Assembly (NCBI GenBank): GCA_002633005.1
Contig: NMRA01000750.1
Span: forward strand, 104,260-168,259
Source: Phoronis australis
Taxonomy: Eukaryota > Animalia > Phoronida
Direction of reading: 5' to 3'
Length of the DNA stretch: 64,000 nt
Shown here: piece by piece, positions 11,601 through 22,323 of the stretch
Layout: every line of letters begins with the position of its first letter
Position numbering within the stretch: position 1 is the first letter of the stretch
Position numbers and translations under genes: made by a program
The notes under the pieces: model-generated
The model's database searches: none
What the model saw: only the letters and a program-made list of their open reading frames with translations
What the model was told of the DNA's origin: nothing

Positions 11601-14600
11601 TCAGTATCTTGTGGGTCCAGCGTGTAGTAATGACCATTTCAACCTATAGGTGCCATAGGTAGTGCCATAGCCACGCCCACTGACCTAATTAAAGTCAGGA
11701 TGCAGGCCTGTCGACACAAACTTGGGGAGGTACCGCGATACCGGAGCACATTTGCAGCATTTGGAGAGGTGGCACGGACTGAGGGCATTCGTGGTCTGTG
11801 GACTGGGGTTGGGCCCACTGTGAAGCGGGCGACTATATTGACAGCAACGCAGGTGAATTATGATTATACATAAACCAATTTCTTCAAGTGGTCTTTGGGT
11901 GTTTTTGTTTTATATGAAAATAAATCTAGATCTAGTAGCCTCAGCATTAAAAACTGTGTCTCACTGCTGTTGATTGATATAAGACTTTGATGAGGAAATG
12001 TTACCTACTACAGAAATACTCTGTTATTGGGCATTTTTGTACATACTCATTGAATATGTCAGCAGAGTTCAAATTTCAATAGCGTTTGCAATGATACACC
12101 AAATGTACGTACAAAATTATTTAAGTCATGCCTATCTGTGTGTTGTCGTACAAGTCACATGATTCCAGTCCATAAGTACTCATTAGTACATGACAACTTA
12201 TTCTCACAAAGTGACCATGATTTCTCTGTGACAAGCATAACCAGGACTCATTGTCATGACTACTGATTGCAAGTGGAATTTTCACTGAGAGTCGCTTGAA
12301 TGACAAGTTGTTTCTAGTCATGACAGGGAAATGGAACTTACCTGGATATTTTTGGTGTGAACTAATTTAAGGTACATATTTTTCCACCAAACTTGATCTC
12401 TGATGTCACGATGATTTTTAAAATAGTTAGCCACAGCTTGTATTGAACCCATGTACCTTATCTTTCCCTGGCAGATCCCCGTTTATGACCATGCCAAGCA
12501 CACCCTGCTCAACTATCAGGTACTTTCCGAGGGCATCCCTCTTCACATCACCAGCTCAATGATAGCGGGTTTCATGACCGCAGTGACGACATCCCCAGTG
12601 GATGTTATCAAAACCAGAATCATGAACCAGAAAAAATCAGGTTAGTGGGTTACATGTACTAGGCAGCTTGAAGGCATAGCACTAGGGCTTCCTACTGTAA
12701 ATTTGTGTCGATAACACACAGTACTTTTTAAGTACGGGTTAAAAAATACTTTAGTACTGTATTAAAAGTACTAATAAGTACCATATTAGAAGCACATTGA
12801 GCCAAAAGCATTTCGTATATTTTACTAGGTTTTTCCTTTTTGCTCGTTTTACTGTTGTGCTAATATAAGTCAAGTTACAACTAAAATGAAAAACATTGTT
12901 AACATCTATGCCTAACGTAAGGATCCGTGAGAGCGCAGGTTTTCGCTTTTCACTGTACTAACAACTGGTCAAACTATCAATCCAAATGCGATAAAAAATG
13001 TTCAAAATGATATACAAAGTAAACGTCTCAGTGATTACTATCAGGGCTAAGCGTGAGTGAACACTTGGAAAAGTACAGTATGAGTAGAAAATTGGCCCCA
13101 CTCGTATGGACGCCTAGATGACGTCCGGTTCCTTTGGTCATCACTTAGGAGCCCAAATCTGGAAATATGAGTGCAGAATGTGCCATCATTTGTATTTCCG
13201 AATGGGTATTTTCGCATGTGTCAGGCACTGACTATACAATTGCGGACGGAACTGAAGGACAATATATATAGATTATTACATGGCGAAGTCGTTATCCCCC
13301 GTATTCTAGAACCCGAGTGGATTTTGGAGAATTATCGCCCGAGGGGCATTAGCCTCGAGGATGATAATTCTCCAAAATCCCTTGAGGGCTCTAGTGAAGG
13401 GGGATAACGACTGAGAACATGCAATAGTCTATTTATACCACATACTGAACGAAAAACATTGCAATGAATCGATCTACCTTTCTCGACTCGCCTCTCTAAC
13501 TACTTTCTGTCAGAGGCCCAGGGTCAGAGTGTTTGACCTTTTAAGAAAAGCCGAGCTATTTTTGTCAAATAATGCTTTTACTCAAAACCAATTGAAAATT
13601 TAAACAAAACAGAAATAAAGTGAATCTATAAATCAAGGTTTAGCAACTATTATTATAGCTTACTACACATTTTATCATGCTAAGCTTCAACTGAGAATAT
13701 ATCGTCTGATAAAGTAGGTTACCACTGGTAACTGAGTGTAATGCTCAAGTCAAAGGATCCCGATGACACGATACCCGCATTCAAATTGTAAATCGGTGAT
13801 TTACAAGTGAGAGAACATGAGAGAAAAATTTTACTGATTACAGAATTAAAATATTGTTTTTATGGAAAGTATGCGTCTTAATATTTTTCATAACGTATAA
13901 ATGTCGGTACAATGCCCATTGTTGAACATGCGATTGTTGTGCTTGCTCATTTAAGTATTCTATTTTCACGTTCGATGACGTCAGCCACTTAGTGGTGCAA
14001 TGGTAAAGTCGACGACTGAAAACCCTTGCGGACCAAGTTCGAAACTGGCCTCGATTCCCGCCAAAATTTCATCTCACTTGTGAGATAACTAAATGGGTTA
14101 TTACATGGTTGTATTGGTCATTCGAGGCTAATATTTTGGTATAAGTAGTCTTATATGGAACAAGGGAGAGCAATGTTGCTGGAAGCCGAAGGTCAACTTT
14201 GCTCTCCTGCGAGATTGGTCTATATTTTTTGTGAATCCACTGTCTTATGCTCCTTTCTTCTGATTTCTTCATCTCTTTTTAGATTGCCATGCTTTTACCT
14301 GCTGCTTTGTGCCGTCGTCTGCTCGCTTTGACTACAGCGTGTGATTGGGCACTTCACTGATAGTGACCTCTGTAACATCAGTATCACTAGTCTTGTTAGG
14401 AACTTACATTTCATTGATTGTCGTGTACACTTCTTTGTCATCTGCCTCACTTTGCAGGGCCACCCCTCTACAGAAGCTCCTGGCATTGCCTAACTGAGAC
14501 AGTGAAGGTGGAAGGCCCTCTTGGTCTCTATAAAGGCTTTATTCCAAACTGGATGAGGATAGGACCACACACAATTATCACTTTCTTCATATTCGAACAG

Positions 14601-14633
14601 TTGAGGAAAGCTGTTGGAATGAGACCTGTTTAA
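5639..14633 (+). CDS. Mitochondrial carrier (SLC25), UCP / ucpB-like, 6 exons, 314 aa
   Basis: Exons 5639-5735, 10538-10700, 11039-11178, 11650-11852, 12475-12640, 14458-14633, all GT-AG with compatible phases, total 945 nt. Three carrier signatures PIDVVKIR, PTDLIKVR, PVDVIKTR. EGxxGLYKG motifs and C-terminal KGFIPNWMRIGPHTIITFFIFEQLRK are typical of the UCP/SLC25A14-30/ucpB anion carriers. Intron 1 spans an N gap. Confidence 0.92.
6799..7042 (+). mobile_element. 3' end of a Helentron-associated (HINE/DINE-like) element
   Basis: (AAGAAT)n microsatellite at ~6950-6988 followed by the terminal palindrome tactctgcgc-ttacac-gcgcagagta (7014-7039). Confidence 0.55.
7700..8209. mobile_element. 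hAT-like non-autonomous element with 5-bp TSD
   Basis: TIR cagtgctc / gagcactg, flanked on both sides by tacat. The subterminal repeat tttggcgacctga occurs near both ends. Confidence 0.65.
8357..8520. mobile_element. Short hAT-like MITE (CAGTGGCGGAT family)
   Basis: cagtggtggattta...ggatccgcccct with gatta on both sides. Related copies at ~41181-41333, 37673-39890 and 59441-59495. Confidence 0.6.
9933..10171. mobile_element. MITE (GGGGCCCGTTCCAAGAA family)
   Basis: TIR ggggtctgttccaagaaactgact / agtcagttttgttggaacggacccc. The internal sequence is homologous to 2570-2752 and 17115-17357. Confidence 0.75.
11245..11495. mobile_element. Small hAT-like MITE in a carrier-gene intron
   Basis: TIR cagggcttggaat / attcccagccctg, with near-identical flanks ttaata / ttaatg. 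Confidence 0.55.
13269..13431. mobile_element. Palindromic MITE
   Basis: tagattattacatg...gtcgttatccccc versus gggggataacgac...catgcaatagtcta, with the inner hairpin ggattttggagaattatc / gataattctccaaaatcc. Confidence 0.65.
13983..14065 (+). mobile_element. tRNA-derived SINE-like head (not a functional tRNA)
   Basis: A-box-like tggtgcaatgg and B-box-like agttcgaaact at tRNA spacing. No proper acceptor stem. Confidence 0.4.
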
Positions 14634-14907
14634 AAACCTACAAATCTCATTGTCATTATCTCAAGATGTCAGTCGGTGTATGCAGCGTCGCCTGACGTGT
14701 ACCTCAATATGACCGATAAAGGGGACATCGCGATGAAGCTACAGATTGATATTCGCAAAGTTATATCCCATTTTCACTAATAACTTGCACCTGAACATAT
14801 TCGTGGGCAAGTACAAAAACGTTTGCACTTTTGGTAACAACTACTGTAGGTTTTGAAAAAAGGTAGAGTTTCAAGGAATTTATGGCCAAAACCTAGAAAG
14901 AAGTTAA

Positions 14908-15726
14908 GGGCTGTTCCAGCAAAATCTGTATGGGAGGGGGGGAAGGCACTTTTATTTTGTACCCACCGCCCATGTTTTTCATTTATTTCTCCAACCCATG
15001 ACCCATAATTTTTTAATTATTTTTAATAGGTTAAAATATAAAATCCAACACTTGCAAACAAATTGCCTCCAGGAGGACCTGTTAAGAACTTAGATGATTG
15101 ACAAACAAGAAGTAGTTGTCTTGTCCAATATTGTCAAAAACTAAAGTAGCCTGTGAGCAATACTTTTGGCAGCCACCAGGTGTCTCTGTTAACCATGTGT
15201 CTATAATTTCAATGAACATTTTTTCAATTATAAGGATCTATGAATCTCAAACTGTCTCCACGAACTCTTTTATACTTCTATGTCAAGTGAATATTGGAAA
15301 TTGTTTATCTTACTCCTCATACTTTTTATTTAAAAATCATCAATTTTCTTGTATGTGTTAACACCAGTTTAGTGTTGCATAACTTTTCAATTCAATAGGA
15401 CTGCAGACAAACAGTTGGCTCAAATCAAGTTGCCCATGACTTGATTAATGGCTTAGTGAACATATTGCACTCTGTTCACTGGCAATATGGGCTTTTTGTA
15501 TTGGGATAAGTTAGGATATAGGCCAATTGCATTTTTTAGAGTTAAGATGGCTGAAGTAACCAACCTGTCAACATTAACAGGTCAAAAAATACCATCCATT
15601 TTTAATGCATCACTTCTTACAGGAACGACCACCCATAATTTGAGTTTTTTGCTGAAGACCACCACCCATGAATTTTTATTTCTACTGCCGTCCCCCCCTC
15701 CCACACGGATTTTACTGGAACAGCCC
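14908..15726. mobile_element. PIF/Harbinger-type MITE just downstream of the carrier stop codon
   Basis: TIR gggctgttccagcaaaatc / gattttactggaacagccc with TAA on both sides (14905-14907, 15727-15729), and subterminal acccat repeats. Confidence 0.8.
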
Positions 15727-17114
15727 TAAGACGCAAATTTTGTTCCAAAATTTTGTTGTCTTTTGATTTTGTCATTTTTGGATACTATTGTGTTGTTGTG
15801 GCAGGAAGACCAATCAATAAGTGACTATTGCGTTTGTTGATCATGTTATTTATCAGTGTTGAATTTTTCAAAAAATTGTTGAAACATAGTAAGATGAAAT
15901 TAACAGGACGTAGCGAGTAGTGTTCATTGGAAAGCATTCCTGGAAGATGTAGGAATTATCATGTCACAAAGGGATTACTCGGAGGAGTAACTGGATGATT
16001 ATGTAATGATATATTAGCCAATTGCCGTGGGCATCTTGGCCTTTGCTGTCCCTTTTAATGTACAAGTGGAAACAAACAGCCAATCAACAAGTTCTTCATG
16101 GTTTTGAGTGTTTAAGTCCGATTGGTGCTTGTTAGTTTTGTAAAATTTGGAAGAGGAATTGCACTTGTAGGTCGACAATAGTCGCTGCGGGTTCGTATTC
16201 CCACATGGTATGGAAATGTGAAAATGAGTTTTTCAGACTTACTTATGCACGTGTATGTTGGGATTTAGGAAATGGTTGATGTTTAGTTCGAGTGCCACAC
16301 CAATTCATTTTCATGAAATGGATTTCCTTTTCTTTGATGTCTTGTGCTAGTTGGTTGATTGACACAGTGTTCTTTTTTTCTTGAATTTTTTCAAGTTATC
16401 GTTTTCTTCAGCAAAAGGGGTCAATTTTCTTGGTGCAAAGCTCGAATCTCTTGTATGTTTAGAAATAGTTTAAAAAACATACTTTTTATTATTGAACAGA
16501 ATGGTTTTGGGAAGAGCCCTACCAGTCATTTGGTTTCTGTTGTGGAGGCTAATTGAAATCATTCTGTAGAGGGTACATCGCAGAATAGCTCTCAGTTGTG
16601 GCGGACTGGTGTTGTCCCTCAGCCGATGGATAGAATAGTAGTAGCAGTAGTAAATCGCGTAACACCTAGTAAATATGTTGAAATGGTGGTAACAAATAAT
16701 TCAGTATGGGGAAAGTAATATTAAATATCATTTTTGCAACTTATTCCGGATGGTAGATACAATTAAAAAGTCATTCATCAGATTTAAGTGCTTTGAATAT
16801 TTTTTACAAGTTAAGTTTGGATTTAATAAAATATCAGTTGTGTAATTTTAAAAAAATTAAAATAGTGGTGAATTAAAAAGCTTTCATTGAATATGGATCT
16901 GATTCGTGCAACTTGGTATGTTTTATCTGTTTTAAATTTGCAATTGACCATTTTTTCTGCTGAATCTCCAGCTTGAGTATACATTTTGTCTGTCCGTTTG
17001 TTTGCTTTCAACAAAGAGGTCACCGAGTGTATCTTCGGTTTCATCACCATGTTGATTGTGCCATAGTGCTTTACATGAGAATCAACTGCAATCAAACTGC
17101 GTTACAATGAACCT

Positions 17115-17357
17115 GGAGCCCATTCCAAGAAAACTAAGCAGAGACAAATTTTACGATTTGTTTGAAGTTTAAGAACTCAGTTTTGAGATAAAACTTAAAT
17201 TTGTCCAAAGTCTGTTCGAAGAAAATTATTTTAAGTTTTTGACTGAAGTTTTGTATTAAATTTGACTAACTTACCGGATGTGGAAATTTCAGAGTTTGGA
17301 GGTTGAGACAAATCTTGGTAAAAAACAAACTGAAGTTGGTTTCTTGGAACGGTCCCC
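17115..17357. mobile_element. MITE (GGGGCCCGTTCCAAGAA family), opposite orientation to the 9933 copy
   Basis: ggagcccattccaagaaaact ... gttggtttcttggaacggtcccc, with a ctg-type target. Confidence 0.7.
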
Positions 17358-18903
17358 TGAGTTAAACATTATCTATGTCTCAAGACAGTGCCATCTTTCG
17401 GCAGTTCATTCTAAGGTGCTGAATTATTACATTATTGCCTTGCCTCAAAATAAAATGGAAGAACACTGTAATCACTTAGGTAACCTTCACGTTTAGGCTT
17501 TGTAAATGCAGGTTGGAGGTCGGACCGTCTGTTCATATCTGCTGACTCCTGATTGCATAGAGAATACGCGAGCCCAACTAGTGGATCACAATTTTTACCA
17601 AACTGCAGCTTTCTTAGAAATTCAGGTATTAAGGTCCGTCCTCTTTGTTTGTGATAACTTCATGACTGGAAACTTTTAATGGTGTTGCTCATTATGGGAG
17701 AGATTCTTATTCTCTGTCAGTATTAGTGACAGAAATACATCATGTTAAGCATTGTAACCATTTGTTATTAACAGTGGTAACGCAGTTGAAGTTTTCTTAC
17801 TTATAATATACTGAATCGACTTACATAAAATAACAGAAGACACCTATGAAGTTGACTTATTTGCACTTACACAACAGACATGCCCACACAAAGTGCTGTC
17901 ACTTTGGTTATCGATTGCATTTTGATTTTCAGCCGACTGAGATAAATATCCGTGCCATGTGCGAAACATGAAAGCCAAAACTGCAAAAACTTTTGATGCA
18001 GTTTCAATTAGTAGAGTGTGCTTTTTACAGCGATACTCTGCCATAGTTGTGAAAAAGAACAACATGGCAGAAAACAAAAAACTCCACGAAGGGTACTTAA
18101 TAAATTATTATTTTGTATCACAATGACACTACATTATTAAAAGGATACTAAAGCCGGTTTCGACGACTTCAATCAAGGCCTTGTTCTGCCACCTGCCAAT
18201 GCACCACTGGTGCCACACATGGGTGATAAAAGCAGAATTCATAACATTCATACTCTCCCAAGTCACAAATTGGGCATTATGGTTCTTGGTGCGTGGTCTT
18301 CCCTACAGTTGTACGAGTCGCCTAAAGTGTATGCCACGCTTGCCCATTGATCATAAATAGTAAGGGGTTTATAAATTTTGCTCCAATCTTTGAGAGGGTT
18401 ACAGAGCAATATTTTGCTCAGAGAACTGGATGGGAAAGTTCTTTTCAATATCTGTTAACAGGACAAAAACGGATTTGGTATCCCTTTAACGGACAATGGA
18501 ATATAAGCATGTAAGGTTGATGTATACAGGTTATCCTCTATGTTATGCTGCACCTTATTCTACATCTTTCGGCTGAAACATTTTTCATGAAGTTTCTGAT
18601 TTAAAATTTTGTACAGACACGACACTGAAAAATTGGTCACATTAAGTTTAATTTCAGTATTGCAATGAGCTCAGATCAGCCAATTTTGACTGGTTTTGAA
18701 TTAAACCACTCACTGGGTATAATAGAAATTACTGCTGGACTTGGGAAGCTTTTTCCTAAAGCCGATTCACTTTTAACGACAAAAATGTGACACGAAAAAC
18801 ACCAGAGCTGACAAATGGTAGCCATGTCACGCAGCGATTTGAAAACTGCTCTTGAACAATTTGAACTATTGAAAGTCTCTGAATAACCAGGTGAGTCTTC
18901 ATA

Positions 18904-21900
18904 TTATGTCCGGACCTGGAATCTTCCAGCTTTTGTGACGTACTTCACACCCTTGAAAGGTTTGTATTTCTGAAAGCAAAATTGCACAAATCACCTTTGT
19001 AATATCTACTGTATATTGAGAAATGAATTCAATTGCTTTGATTAGATCTCAAAATGACTGATGCAAAGCACAACTCTGAACTGGAATAACATTTGATTAA
19101 CATGTAATTAGAACTCACACATGACCATAAGACCACGTGTAATTTCCTTTTCTAACGTGTGCTGGCTTAGAAAATAAATTGAATTTTGTCAAAATTTATT
19201 TGGCTATGTTAAAGTCATGGTGAAAGTTCAGAAGCAAACCAAGCATTAAATTACACATGAATTGCAAAAACGAGCGGTAGTTAAATGAAATAATTTACTT
19301 AATGTAACATTAGTTTCGCGCACACGTGACTACCCCACGGCAAAAGTTTGAAAATTGCAAGTCATTTGCAGTAACAAATATTTAACTAATTCCAAATCGT
19401 AAGCCTTACCTCAACAAATAGGAAATGATTTTAGTAATTATTTACTTTGAAGAGCAATGTAAGACCATTTTGCCGAAAACTGTAATTTCCCTTCACAAGA
19501 ACACATGTTTTGTTGCCATGGAAACGTTGTCATACCTCGCCATACATATCCACTCTATTCACTCTCAGGCCAGACACCGCCACACTATTAATATGATATT
19601 TAACCTAAAAGCAAACAAAACCAAACACATGGGGTTGGTGGAAACTCCTTTCCTGCAACACAGGGTTGTACAAAACAAAAACATATAGGGGTAACAAAAA
19701 ACAGCAAAGCAGAGGGACATTAACATAAACAAAGGATCAGTGGGAGCCACTTTCCAGCATCCCCAGACATCCTCCTCAAGCAGCGTCAAGCATATTCAGA
19801 CCAAAAGCTTACAAAACTTATAGCCGAAACCTCCTGAGCTGAAGGTGCTTCTAGATACCAATGCAACTTTGTAAAGGTCAAACTGGGAACAATTATAATG
19901 CGTATCTTCTCCAATGCTCAGCTTTTTAGTTGAAGTCATTCAATTTAATTCAAATGTATTGCCACTACTACACCAGTATTTGCACAAAATCTTGCCATTA
20001 ATTGCAACTTGTTCATACATTTTGGAAAAAGCCACGCAAAGGAGCATTAGTACCTAGCTTGGCACAACATCTCAGCGGAAGACAAAAAACTACAGATGCC
20101 CAGATACTGCTGCAGAACATAAAGATGAGCTGCCACAGCAATGCTACCTCAGCAAACATATCCATACGATTGACCTTCAGTCCTGACATGGCCGATACCA
20201 GCCCGTTGATGACAAAATTAACCTGCAATAGTACACTAAGCTGAATGAAGCTACAGCACGTGTATTGGATAACAAGCAATTTCCCAGGGGGGGGGGCACT
20301 CTCAACCAGTTGCGTAAAGAGATATGCAACAGGTTTTTCTCGGGCAGTTTCATTTTTCAGCCATACAACACAAGGGTATGTTTAAGGCACAAAATAAAAC
20401 CAGTTTCCAGCAAAACGGACTTCCAGTAGCACAACGCCCATTCAAAACAAGGTCAGATACCCCCGGTCGGCGAATGAGATGCTGCGTCAGACAACGGGGG
20501 TGATGAGTAAGGCATGCAGGTCACAGACTAAAAACCAAAATAAAGTTAACAGCGAGCAGGCATGTAGAGATGCTTCTTCCGTCTTATTTAGTTGAAACTC
20601 TAATGTGGACAAACTTGACACACTGGGTAATTTTGCTCCAAAACTAGCGTTTGCACGAAATTTGTGTCATGTTATTCTAAAAATGAAAAGCACAAACTCA
20701 AAAACAGAGGATCTGTAGAGAACAGGAAATAAATCACAAGTTATAGTGAACAGTCAATGGCTGTGTGTTCATCACATATTAATTAATTAGCTTTCATGAG
20801 CACCGCTTCAGTAATATGAGGAGTAACTTGGTCCAACCAGTTTCACACAATGGTAAGCGTTCCTTGTTTTTATTTAGTATACGAAAAATGAATGGAGAAA
20901 TTATAAAGGTGATTTAGCACTTCTTGCTCAGAATGGAGTACATTGGTGTTATCCTTGGCTTAATAAACAGCTTCATTCCTTACGCCGCCATTTTTGACTT
21001 GACAATGTTCACTCGATATAGCTTCAGCAACTCGTTCAACTAAACAAAACAAAAAAGCAGTCTCTGCATGGCAGCAAAGCCCTGAAATCACAATGGCAGA
21101 CAAATTAAGTACAGGGCATTAAAATGTCATCATGCGGGAGTACCTCTCCATACATATCGAGACGGTTGATTCGGTTCCCCGAGATGGCCACAGTAGTAAT
21201 GTGGAAATACAGCTGGAACGGAATTACGTCATGAACAATTAACACACAGTTTGACGATGTTAGTCATTCTTCTTAAAGGCAATTAAAGCACAGGACACTA
21301 CCGCATACATCCAAGTTAATGCACAGGGTGTTTAAACTGAAAAAAAGACACATTTGGAATTCAGCCGAACATTCAATTTAAAGCTGCATTTCACCACGTT
21401 TAGCAGGTTGAAATCGAATTACGCATTTTACTCTCCAAAAATTGATCTCTCGTAATTCCTTACCGCAACAGGATTCCATTTCTATAACCCACAAGAACAT
21501 CAAAAACCATCAGCAACTAAAGAAAATTCTTAAGAATTTATAGGCATTAGACAACCCTAAGATTAAGGATTTGAAAATGACGCATTTACGCATTGCATGC
21601 GAATTGAGTTACAAGCTCATTCAACAATAATTCAAGATTGGATGAGTGTGGTAATGTTTTTAAACCCCAAAGTGGTTGGGTTAAGAATTCAACATTGACA
21701 GCTAACAGGGAGAAATGCAGTGGCAACAGTCGCCAGTCAACTGACCAGAAAAAGTCAAGTAAAACTATAATGTAACATAGAAAATGTACACTTAATAGTG
21801 ACTGGTAACAGAGACACGGACAATTTTAAGGTACAAAATGCCTTGAATGTGGAAACTAGGGTTGGGCATATAGCTAAACATAGCCACTGTGAGAGAGTTA

Positions 21901-22283
21901 ACATGGAGGAATGTTTAGTTGAATGTGGGCTCTAACCTTGATGGATAGGTTAAGATACGTCAATCATAAAATACATCTTAGGGGAATGAAGTAAAATAAT
22001 ACACTGAGTTTGGAAATTAGAAATAGCTGACCACAACCATTCATTGACATTATCAAGGAAACGGGCCTGAAATATAGTGTAAAGCAGACAAGTACGCAAA
22101 ACAATAGATGATGACTTATAAAAATATTTAATAAGAATCACCAATGAGAGAGACTTTTCAACAAATTTACATATCACTCCTTAGAGAACTAGACAGTACT
22201 GCAAAAACCACACAGTCAAGTGATATTGTTCTGTGGTTTTGGAATCCATGACGTCCAATTTCAGTTTTCTTAAGCATTGCATG

Positions 22284-22323
<40 letters not shown>

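Noticed and set aside
19512-19525. RFX X-box-like gttgccatggaaac next to the exon-11c donor
   Set aside because: A single motif deep in a 3' intron with no promoter context. Noted only as a possible RNA-pairing element.
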